This document shows, piece by piece, positions 21,852 through 30,080 of a DNA stretch of 64,000 bases. This DNA is from an uncultured delta proteobacterium (lineage in GTDB: Bacteria; Myxococcota_A; Polyangia; Haliangiales; Haliangiaceae). Both the position numbers and the translations under genes were made by a program. Every line of letters starts with the position of its first letter. The first letter of the stretch is position 1. The notes under the pieces are model-generated. The model saw nothing but the letters and a program-made list of their open reading frames with translations, searched no databases and was not told where the DNA came from. Where the stretch lies: contig CAWKDB010000011.1 of assembly GCA_963848295.1 (NCBI GenBank), positions 128,001 to 192,000 on the forward strand, written 5' to 3'.

Positions 21852-22763
21852 TTACGACGACGGTCGCGTACCCTTGGTGATGCCGTTGAGCTCGCAGAAC
21901 GCCTTGTAGTAACCGTACGAGGCGAACCGCAGCGTGGTGTTATCGTACGCGAGCGCGTCGCCGAGAACGTCTGTCTGCCTGTGGTTTGCGCAGACCGGCG
22001 TCTCGAGGCCGCGCAGCCCGTCGCGGAGCTTCTCGGACGCCGACTTCTCGAGCGGGCTCGGGTTGCGGGACGATCTCCACATAAGCGCGTTTAGGACGGC
22101 GCCATCGCCGGCGTTACCTCGGTCGCAGTTGCCGATCTTTCGGCGCAGCGGCGCGTCGGTTGCGCAGCAGACCGCGCACATTGCGGGGAACTGACACTCC
22201 AGCGTGTGGTCGGCATCGTCACCGCGCTTGACGAGGGGCAAGTACTGGTCCGACGTCACGTGGTAGTGCGTGAAGCAGGTGTCGCTTGCGTCGAGCGATT
22301 GCTCCCTGACCTCGAGTGTATCGATGTGGATCCGGAGGTACGCGATGCAAGCGCCGCATTCCGTCGGGTCCCCCTCGTCCTCGGCCTTCTGCAGCGCCCG
22401 CCGTCTCGCCTTCTTCGAGAGCTTCGCCAGCTCCTTCGTCGGCGCCGGTTGCTCCGAGAAGCTGCGCGCGCGCTCGATCCCGCACACGGGGCAGGCGCTC
22501 GCGATCACCGGGGTGCGCCGTGCCGTGGCGAACAGCCAGACGCCGAACGCGGCGATCGCCAGCCCGGCGATCGAGAGCAGACCGCCGCAGAGCGTACCGC
22601 CGAAGTTGTCGCCGAACGGATCCTCGACGTGACATAGCCCGATGAACCAGTGGATCGCGAGCACCGCACAGAGCGGTGACACGACGAAGATGATGATCAT
22701 CTCCTTCTGCGGAATGCCCTTCCAGTAACTGAGCCGCTTGCCGACGACGACATTCTGCGTCAT
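21852..22763 (-). CDS. hypothetical membrane protein with CxxC motifs; start codon lies at the group II intron junction
   Basis: Two TM segments; CPVC, CGAC, CAVC. The ATG is made of the intron-terminal AT plus G. Confidence 0.7.
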   Translation of the reverse strand: MTQNVVVGKRLSYWKGIPQKEMIIIFVVSPLCAVLAIHWFIGLCHVEDPFGDNFGGTLCGGLLSIAGLAIAAFGVWLFATARRTPVIASACPVCGIERARSFSEQPAPTKELAKLSKKARRRALQKAEDEGDPTECGACIAYLRIHIDTLEVREQSLDASDTCFTHYHVTSDQYLPLVKRGDDADHTLECQFPAMCAVCCATDAPLRRKIGNCDRGNAGDGAVLNALMWRSSRNPSPLEKSASEKLRDGLRGLETPVCANHRQTDVLGDALAYDNTTLRFASYGYYKAFCELNGITKGTRPSS

Positions 22764-23740
22764 TGGTAGATCTACTTTCCCTCGTTATGAGTTTCCGTAC
22801 GACCCCCGTAGAAACCGTGCTTGCGGATTTCCCGTACACGGCTTGCGGGGGGGCTTTCGAGCCAGCGGTCCTGGACAGTCTCCGGATATTCGACGGTGCC
22901 GCGCAGGCGATGGAGTCCGAGTCCGACGAAGTAGTCGCGATCCCATCTCTCGACGGCTGCGGGAGCGAGCTGCCGACTCACACGTTTGATGCGGAGTCCG
23001 CGCAGTCGCTCGTACACGTAGCTGTCGATCTGGTTGAAGCTGCGCGCGGCGTTGCCCGTGGCGAAGTAGGCTCCCCAGCCTCGCAGGATGGGGTTGAGGT
23101 CCTTGATGACCACACGGACATCCGCGTGACATCGTCCTCTTGGTGTCCGATCCTTCACCTTCTGTCGGATCCGCTTCATCGCGCGCTGCGACGGCTGGCG
23201 ATGCAGTGCCCTCTCTCGTGGCCCTTCCCTCCCGCGGCGTTGTTCGTCGCCGCGATCATCGGTACTACGACCCCGTCGGACTTCCGCTGCGCGATGTCGC
23301 CCTTGGCCTTCAGCCTGTTGACGTCACCTCGCCCTGACTCGGGCTGCGCAGACGGATCTCTCGTGTTCCGCGATGATCCTTGCACGCGTGCTGCTCCCCA
23401 TACCCCGCCGAGATCGTCATCGCCTTCCGGTGCTTGCGACGCCAATATTGCCTTCGCTGCGACATGACCAGCTCGGCTCTCGGACTGTTTCTCTGTCGAG
23501 GCTGCAGGCTTCACTTCACGTTGCGGCCCGCGTGCTTGCTTCGAGGTGATCAGCTCTTGCTGCCTCCCTCGCTTTCGATGCCCGGCTTCAGCCGTCGGGA
23601 TCTCTCCCTCTGCTGCGGGCCTGCTACTCGGCGCTCCAGCGCTTACCGAGACGGGACTTGCACCCGCTGGATCATCACAGCCTGACCCCGGGTTCGTCAG
23701 CCCTTCGGGCCGACGGTCTCCGTCGTCGTCACGACGTACC
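22762..23740 (-). mobile_element. group II intron, internally deleted (RT domains missing, domain X retained)
   Basis: Domain V AAGCCGTGTACGGGAAATCCGCAAGCACGGTTT. Domain VI GGGGGTC/GATCT-A-CC with bulged A at 22767, ending CCAAT. 5' region (G)GTACGTCGTGACG... with DI-III-type elements (GGGTGCAAGTCCC, GGAAGTCCGACGGGGTCGTAGTACC, GGAGGGAAGGGCC). Boundaries +/-1 nt. Confidence 0.88.
22772..23179 (-). pseudogene. group II intron maturase domain X remnant
   Basis: PSQRAMKRIRQKVK..VIKDLNPILRGWGAYFATGNAARSFNQIDSYV; no YADD RT domain upstream. Confidence 0.85.
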
Positions 23741-23763
23741 ACGCAGGAGAGGTTACACCGAGG

Positions 23764-26700
23764 CTAGCTCCAGGGCAGGTTTCGCGTCTGCGCGACCTTG
23801 TCGTAGGTCATCTTGAATGCCCAGTTCAGCTGCTCGTTGGCGCTGTGCGCCAGCTCGTCGAGCTCCCTCGCGTCCGACTTGACCTTACCGGCCGAGCTCA
23901 TCAACACCTGCGTGTTCGCAGGGCTCATGCTGTTGACGCCACTCATGTCGCTCGTCACCTTGGCCGCGTGCTCGCGGACTGCCGCGACGACCTCGTCGCC
24001 TGTCCTGAGTTGCGCGAGGACTTTCTTCGCAGAGCGCTTGTTCTCGAACGTCGAGTTGAGCTTGTTGGTCTGCGCGGTCTGCGACGCGACGAGCCTCTGG
24101 ACGACCGTGCTCGCTTGCGATGACACGTAGGACGCCGCGTTGTGCACCTTGCCCACAGCGGCGGCGGATATCTTGGGCTCCTTCGGTTTGTCTTTGGCCT
24201 TGGCCTTGGCCTTACCCTTCTTCGGGCCGGCCGATAGCGCCGGGGTCGCAGCGGCAATCGGCGCCGGCGGCGGCGCTACCGCGGCCACTGGCCCCTTCTG
24301 GGTAGCTGCGTCGGCTTGAGCCTTCATCTTGTTCGCCTTCTCCGCGGCGACTGCCACCGCGAGACCCGCGAGGAACGTCCGCGCCATGTCTTGCTGCTTC
24401 GCTATGTCCTTCTCGGTGTCCTCGACATCCTTCACGAACGTGGCCGCGTCGTGGACGTTTTGGTCGCACTGCCTTGCGTCGTCGAGGGCCTGATCGGCGT
24501 AGCTCTTCGACTGGGCCTTGACGGACATCGCCGTGTCCATCGTCTGCTTGGCCTTGTCCTGGCCCTGGGTGCCGACCAGCTTCGAGAACTGCATGCGATT
24601 GTGCAGCGCCGTCGTGTACGCGCGCATGTCGCCCATGCTCACGCCGCACAGCCCCTCGAGCACTAGGCTGGCGATCTTGTCCTGGATCCACCCGAAGACC
24701 TTCGCGGCCTTCTCGGCGGCCCACGTCTTCACGTACCACCAGATCCGTTTGATGGGATGCCAGTGGCTTGGCTTCTCGCCGACGTCGACCTTCGGCTGGT
24801 TCTTGCTGGCGCTGTTGGCCTTGCCATCGTCCTGTTTCTTCTCGCCCGCACCGGCCTGCTGATCGCCCTTCTGGGCCGAGGCGCCGGCCGCGGTGGCCTC
24901 GGCGATGGTCCCGTTGATTCCGATCGAATGATCCATCGCCTGCGCCTGTTTCAGCGAAGCGTCATCACCCGCCTGTGCCATTGTCGCGACGGTCAGGAGC
25001 GCCTTGTGCTTGGCCTCCTGCTGCGACTTCTGGAAAGCGTAGGCGACGAGCTTCATCCGCTGCAGATCCTTCGCAGCTTTCGCGAACTCGCCGTCAGCTC
25101 CGGACAGCTTGGGCCAGTACACGAGCTCGGGGACCTCGGCGAGCTTGTCTTCCGGAGCACTACCCGCGGCGGGCGCAGGTTTGGGTGCGGGTGACGGTGC
25201 GGGTGACGGTGCGGGTGCGGGTGACGCGTTCGCGCTGGGGGGGGCGCCCGAGTCGTTCGAGCTCGTCGACGCCGGATCGACCGACATGGTCGGCTCGTCG
25301 TTGCCGTGGCTGTGCTGCGCGTCATGACCCTGGTCCCCGCCGTCCTGTGCGTCGTGACCCTGGTCCCCGCCGTCCTGTGCGTCGTGACCCTCGTCGCCAT
25401 GTTCGTCGGCGCCCTCGTCGAGGCCGTCGAGCATGCTCTCGACGTGCTCGTAGACCGCGATCTCCGGAACCTCACCCCAGGACCACGCATAGATGGCCTC
25501 GCGCTGCTCCGACTTCTCGAGCGTCTCGGCCTCGGCATGACCGCCCTGCTGAGCCTCGATCTGCTTGTTCGCGGCTTCAGCTCTCTCGCCGCTCTCGCTC
25601 TGGAACTGCGCCGCCGCGATGACCTCCATCGTCTTGCCCTTGATGTGCCACATGGTCTCCGGTAGCTCACCACCGTTGGCCTTGATCGCGATCAGGTGAC
25701 GCTGGTCCGCCTCGTGGCGGAGCTTCTTGGCCTCGTCCTCCGCGACCTTGCGCTGGTCCTGCGTAATGTTCTTGTCCTTGAGCCGATTCGCAACGATCTC
25801 CCGCTCGCCCTCGATGACGTCGGTCTCCTCCTGGAACTTCTTCGGGTCTTTCCGGAAGTCCTCGATGTTCTTCTTTGTGGTCGCTTCTTCCGCTTCCGTC
25901 TCGACTTTTTTCTCCCCTCGCTCCTTCGTGAAGTCCTTCCCGCCCTCCTCCTGGGCGCCAGCGACGGCCTTCTCTTCGCCCTTCTCGAGCTTGTCCGCGT
26001 GCTTACCGGCGGCGCGCGCGTTGCGTACGTTCTCTTTCGGCACGTGCCCGTCTTCGTCCCGGTGGTCGGCGATCTGGTTGTTCTGGTACTCGCGCGAGGA
26101 CGAGATGTCTCGGTCGATCCTCGCGCGCTCCTGGTTGCCCGCGTTCTTCCCGGCGTTGCTCTCGAGGGCTGCGTCGAGCTCTTTCTTGGAGTTGTCGGCG
26201 AACTTGTCGATCTGCTCCGTATGCTTTGCGGAAAAGCTGACCTTCTCGACGCGCCCGGCCGCGTTCTCGCCCATCTTCTCGCCGAAGCCGTCGACGCCCT
26301 TGACGAAGCTATTTTGCGATACCTTGGTCGCCCGAGCCTCGACCCCCTTCATGAAGTCCGAGTTGTTGATCTTCGTGATCAGCTTGGTACCGCGGATCTT
26401 CTCGCCAAGCGTGGCCGGTGCGCTCCACAGCTTGCTCATCATGCCCGGGCCCTCGGCCTTCTCGAGCCCGATGCCGAGCTTGTAGCCGATGTTCTTCGCC
26501 CAGTTCGCGACCGGGCCGAGTGCCTTCGCGGCGAACGTTCCGATCTTGTTCTTGACCCCTGTGAACAGCTTCCCGATCACGCCTTTCGAGGCGCCCTGGA
26601 ACCCCTTCATGAAGCCGGGCCCATAGGTCATCGCGAGGCTGAGCACGTGCCCGCCAGCCGACGTCGCCTCGTTCATCATCATGTCGGCGGTCGCGGCCTT

Positions 26701-27699
26701 TTCTTCGTTGGACGCACCCTTGCCGATCTGCTTCGCGAGCACGACGCCATTGAGCCCGGTCAAGATTCCCGACAACACGAAGCCGATCGCGTCGCAGATG
26801 ATGCCGATGACGTTGAGCACGCGCGCGACCGCCTCCACGGCGGCGCCGAGTGGCGGCAGGATCATGGCGAGCAGACCCACGATCGTGAGGACCATGCCGA
26901 TCTTGCCGCACACGTTCCCGACGATCGAGACGACGCTCTGAAACTTCGACAGGCCGCGCATGATCGAGCCGAGGCCGCCCTGGACTTTGTCGTACGGGTT
27001 CGCGCCAAAGATCGCGCCGACGTCCTTCTTGCCCAGGAAGTTGATCAGGCCGCCCTTGGCAGCCTCCATGCCACTCGCGCCGTTCTGGACGTACTTCTCG
27101 ATCTGGCCGTCGTAGCCTTGCGCGATCGCGGCCATCTCCTTGATCTTCGATAGCCGCTCGTTGGTCTCGGTTGACTTGTGCGGGTAGGCGTTGAGCCACC
27201 CGTCGAGGTTGCCATCGCCGGACATCGCCGCGGCGAGGACGAGCTCCCTCGGCGGCTTGAGTGCCGCGTCGGGGCCGGGCATCGCGGGTTTGGCGGCCTT
27301 ACCGGGAGCTTTGGGCGCTGCCGCGCCGCCCCCGGCCTTTTGTGGCGCCTTGGGGCCAGAAGTCGGAGGCTTGGGAGTGACGACCGATGGCGTGTGCGCG
27401 GCGCCAGCATCGACTCGGCCCGGCGGGCTGTCCTTGGCTTCCTTCGCGACGTCCTTGGGGTTGTTCTTCGCTTCTTCGGCCGCCTTCTCGCGCGCTTCCT
27501 TGGTCTGCTCTTCGTACTCCTCTTTATTGATCGGCGCGTCGGAGGCTTTGTCCGCAAGGCCCGACACGTAGGCCGCGGGGAAATGGGCGGCGATCGCCGT
27601 CTCGACCTTCTGGATCGCGGCGTCGTCCTTGGCCGCGTCCTTGTAGGTGTACTTGACCTCTAATGCCTTGGGGTCGAGAGGTTTGTCGGCGGTTGCCAT
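23764..27699 (-). CDS. 1311-aa hypothetical Lys/Ala-rich protein with central hydrophobic hairpin and coiled coils (putative membrane-active effector)
   Basis: Long ORF with protein-like composition; hydrophobic segment at ~aa 250-325; acidic repeats; Pro-Ala linkers. Confidence 0.85.
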   Translation of the reverse strand: MATADKPLDPKALEVKYTYKDAAKDDAAIQKVETAIAAHFPAAYVSGLADKASDAPINKEEYEEQTKEAREKAAEEAKNNPKDVAKEAKDSPPGRVDAGAAHTPSVVTPKPPTSGPKAPQKAGGGAAAPKAPGKAAKPAMPGPDAALKPPRELVLAAAMSGDGNLDGWLNAYPHKSTETNERLSKIKEMAAIAQGYDGQIEKYVQNGASGMEAAKGGLINFLGKKDVGAIFGANPYDKVQGGLGSIMRGLSKFQSVVSIVGNVCGKIGMVLTIVGLLAMILPPLGAAVEAVARVLNVIGIICDAIGFVLSGILTGLNGVVLAKQIGKGASNEEKAATADMMMNEATSAGGHVLSLAMTYGPGFMKGFQGASKGVIGKLFTGVKNKIGTFAAKALGPVANWAKNIGYKLGIGLEKAEGPGMMSKLWSAPATLGEKIRGTKLITKINNSDFMKGVEARATKVSQNSFVKGVDGFGEKMGENAAGRVEKVSFSAKHTEQIDKFADNSKKELDAALESNAGKNAGNQERARIDRDISSSREYQNNQIADHRDEDGHVPKENVRNARAAGKHADKLEKGEEKAVAGAQEEGGKDFTKERGEKKVETEAEEATTKKNIEDFRKDPKKFQEETDVIEGEREIVANRLKDKNITQDQRKVAEDEAKKLRHEADQRHLIAIKANGGELPETMWHIKGKTMEVIAAAQFQSESGERAEAANKQIEAQQGGHAEAETLEKSEQREAIYAWSWGEVPEIAVYEHVESMLDGLDEGADEHGDEGHDAQDGGDQGHDAQDGGDQGHDAQHSHGNDEPTMSVDPASTSSNDSGAPPSANASPAPAPSPAPSPAPKPAPAAGSAPEDKLAEVPELVYWPKLSGADGEFAKAAKDLQRMKLVAYAFQKSQQEAKHKALLTVATMAQAGDDASLKQAQAMDHSIGINGTIAEATAAGASAQKGDQQAGAGEKKQDDGKANSASKNQPKVDVGEKPSHWHPIKRIWWYVKTWAAEKAAKVFGWIQDKIASLVLEGLCGVSMGDMRAYTTALHNRMQFSKLVGTQGQDKAKQTMDTAMSVKAQSKSYADQALDDARQCDQNVHDAATFVKDVEDTEKDIAKQQDMARTFLAGLAVAVAAEKANKMKAQADAATQKGPVAAVAPPPAPIAAATPALSAGPKKGKAKAKAKDKPKEPKISAAAVGKVHNAASYVSSQASTVVQRLVASQTAQTNKLNSTFENKRSAKKVLAQLRTGDEVVAAVREHAAKVTSDMSGVNSMSPANTQVLMSSAGKVKSDARELDELAHSANEQLNWAFKMTYDKVAQTRNLPWS
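25184..25391. repeat. intragenic tandem repeats (12-bp PAPS unit; 30-bp GHDAQDGGDQ unit, ~2.5 copies)
   Basis: GGTGCGGGTGAC repeated at 25184-25225; GTCRTGACCCTGGTCCCCGCCGTCCTGTGC repeated with 30-bp period at 25321-25391. Confidence 0.9.
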
Positions 27700-27711
27700 A
27701 GGGTTGTCTCG

Positions 27712-28881
27712 TCAGCGCGAACGGAACGTCTGGCGGGCACGGGCGGCCTGGTTCACTTTTTCTGCAATGTCGGCAAACGTCTCCGGGCCGATCCGGTCAG
27801 CAAGGGCAGCTATGTACGGGCGAAACAGGTCGGTTGCAGCCGAACCCAGCTTGTCCTTGAGCGAACCATGAGCCTCTGCAAATGTACGGTACGCCGAGGC
27901 CAAATCTCCCTTCATCTCGTAGATCTGCGACATCAAGGCGACAGCGGACGCATAGCGGGGAAGATCGCCCTGGGAAACGGCGCTCTGGGCGATCTCGAGA
28001 CACCGGTCCAGCGCGGCCTGGGTCTGGCCTTTCTGAGTCAGCAAGCCGACTTGGCCGACCAGGGCGGCCATGCGTAGCGAATCGAGCCCGTGCTCTAGCG
28101 CGGAGTCGCGTGCGACTTGAAGGTGTTTCTCCGCCTCGTCCCGACCGACCTGATCATCCCGCTGCACGAGCGCGCCGGCGAGTGCGATACGCATCTCGAG
28201 CTCGTCCTCGACCGCGTCGACCCGTTTGGCGATCGCAACCGCCTCGCGCAACGCCACGCACGCGCGCTGGTGATCACCGAGCGCGAGCGCCATGGCGGCG
28301 CGCAATTGTCGGGATGCGAAATCGGTCTCGAGTAGCTCGTCTTGATCCTCGTCGGGCGTCATCGAGGGAAATACGTCGAGCCGCTCCCTGGCGCGTACGT
28401 GCTCGCCCTGCTCTACCGCGAGCTCCACCCAGCCGAGCGCGAGCCGCATGACGGCGCGCCGGCCGGCGAGCGTCGTCGGCTCCTCGGCGGTCGCGTCGCT
28501 CACTTCTACCAGCCGGGTTTCGGCCGCGGCGAAGTCCTTGCGCCGGATCAGGGTGCGGGCGAGGAGTGTACCTGCGTCGAGCATGCAATTCAGATCGCCC
28601 GCAACCCGGTCGCGGGCGCGGCCGACAAGCTGCTCGACGCCCTCGAAGTCCCCATCCGCCAACTTGACGTGCGCTAGCCGGAGGAGGATCCGGCCCTCGA
28701 GCGCAGGCTCGGCGAGTCGATCGACGAGTGCAGCCGCCTCTTCGAGCGGCGCACGTACGACGGGCTGGCGATGGCCGAGAATCGGCTCGGCCTCCGCGAG
28801 ATCGAGCAGCGCGATCGCGAGCGCTTCTCCGCCGGTCGCGCGGGCAAGGTCGACACGTGCCCTCACCTGTGCGAGCGTCAC
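27712..28881 (-). CDS. TPR-like alpha-helical repeat protein
   Basis: Repeated helix pairs (e.g. MSQIYEMKGDLASAYRTFAEA); TACAGT 6 nt before GTG; 12 nt upstream of the 1311-aa gene. Confidence 0.75.
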   Translation of the reverse strand: MTLAQVRARVDLARATGGEALAIALLDLAEAEPILGHRQPVVRAPLEEAAALVDRLAEPALEGRILLRLAHVKLADGDFEGVEQLVGRARDRVAGDLNCMLDAGTLLARTLIRRKDFAAAETRLVEVSDATAEEPTTLAGRRAVMRLALGWVELAVEQGEHVRARERLDVFPSMTPDEDQDELLETDFASRQLRAAMALALGDHQRACVALREAVAIAKRVDAVEDELEMRIALAGALVQRDDQVGRDEAEKHLQVARDSALEHGLDSLRMAALVGQVGLLTQKGQTQAALDRCLEIAQSAVSQGDLPRYASAVALMSQIYEMKGDLASAYRTFAEAHGSLKDKLGSAATDLFRPYIAALADRIGPETFADIAEKVNQAARARQTFRSR

Positions 28882-28905
28882 CGCTAGACTGTACCACGAG
28901 GCACC

Positions 28906-30045
28906 ATGCTCCTCGGCAGCGCCGCTCGTGCGATGCTGTTCGTGCGAATGACGCGGGATGCGGCGCAGCTGATCCGGATCGCGAGGTTGCGCCGGTTCGT
29001 TGGGGTGTTCGCGCGCGGCGGCGATCGCGAGGCGACCGCGGCTGCGCTCGCCTCGCTCTCGGCGGCGTCGCAGGCGAACGGCTTCGCGGGCGACGCGCTG
29101 CTGCGCGCACGCCAGGCCGCGGAGCTGTTGTGCAGCGACGACGATCCGGAACCGCGCGCTCGGTCGCTGCTCCACCTGGGCGCGGTGTGTCTCGACACCG
29201 GCGATGGCGAAGCATCGATCGCGGCGGCCGAGCTCGCCGCCGAGCTCGCGGCAACGCTCGAAGAGCCGATCAGGTCGCAGTTGATCGGCTGTGCGTCACT
29301 GCTCGGCGGCATCGCGCACTCGCTCGACGGCGATGACGCTCGGGCACGCGCGGCGTTCGACGACGCACGTGAACGGATGGTCGCCGCCGAGCAGCCGGAA
29401 GGCGCCGCGCTCGCGCTCACCCAACAAGGCCTGCTCGACGTCGCCGCCGGCCGGCCCGACGCGGCCGAGCTGTGCTTCCGGTTCGCTCAGGAGTTCTATC
29501 GCCGCGCCGATCGCGCAGGTGCGGTCGCGGAGGTCTCGGCGCTCGCCGCGCGAGCGCTTGCCGAGGCCGGCCTCGCGAACGTCGATCGCTGGTACGTCGA
29601 GGCGATCGCCGACGCCGACGCGACCGGGTCGGCGCGGCTCGCGGCGGAGCTCGTGGTCGAACGTGCGCTCCGGCTCGAGCGCGACGGCCTGCGCGACGAA
29701 GCGCTCGCGATGGCGGCGGATGCCGCACGCCGCTGCAAGCGGCTCGCGGATTCGCGCGAGCTCGTGATGCGCGCGCGCCTCGTGTCGGCACGGCTGACCG
29801 CCGACCCCGGCGACGTGCTTCGTCACCTCGAAGCCGCGTTCGAGATCGCGCTCGACGTCCGCGATCCCGAAGCGCTCGGCGGCGTCATGGAAGTCGTCGT
29901 CACCGCGCTCGTGAACGGCGGGTTCGCGAGCTCGACCGGCGCGGGCTGGCGGCTCGTCGACCGGTTTCGCGAACGGCTCGGCGCCGCCGGGTTCGCGCAC
30001 CTCGCGGATGCCGCGACGGTCGCGCTCGTCGATCTTCGCGAATAG
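28906..30045 (+). CDS. TPR-like alpha-helical repeat protein
   Basis: ARSLLHLGAVCLDTGD, LLGGIAHSLDGD and ALTQQGLLDVAAG repeats; divergent from 28881. Confidence 0.72.
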   Translation: MLLGSAARAMLFVRMTRDAAQLIRIARLRRFVGVFARGGDREATAAALASLSAASQANGFAGDALLRARQAAELLCSDDDPEPRARSLLHLGAVCLDTGDGEASIAAAELAAELAATLEEPIRSQLIGCASLLGGIAHSLDGDDARARAAFDDARERMVAAEQPEGAALALTQQGLLDVAAGRPDAAELCFRFAQEFYRRADRAGAVAEVSALAARALAEAGLANVDRWYVEAIADADATGSARLAAELVVERALRLERDGLRDEALAMAADAARRCKRLADSRELVMRARLVSARLTADPGDVLRHLEAAFEIALDVRDPEALGGVMEVVVTALVNGGFASSTGAGWRLVDRFRERLGAAGFAHLADAATVALVDLRE

Positions 30046-30080
30046 CCGGCGCGCGGTGTACGCTCGAAGCCAGGCACACG

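Noticed and set aside
21825..21860. TAAC...GTTAG after the stop of the 303-aa gene, resembling an integron attC
   Set aside because: Spacing is far too short, there is no internal palindrome, no integrase and no repeated sites.
22763..23767. ORFs 22763-23467(+), 23176-23742(-) and 23380-23685(+)
   Set aside because: They lie over the structured group II intron RNA and are best explained as non-coding or antisense frames.
25321..25391. 30-bp repeats as a possible CRISPR array
   Set aside because: Head-to-tail with no spacers, in frame inside a CDS, and no cas genes.
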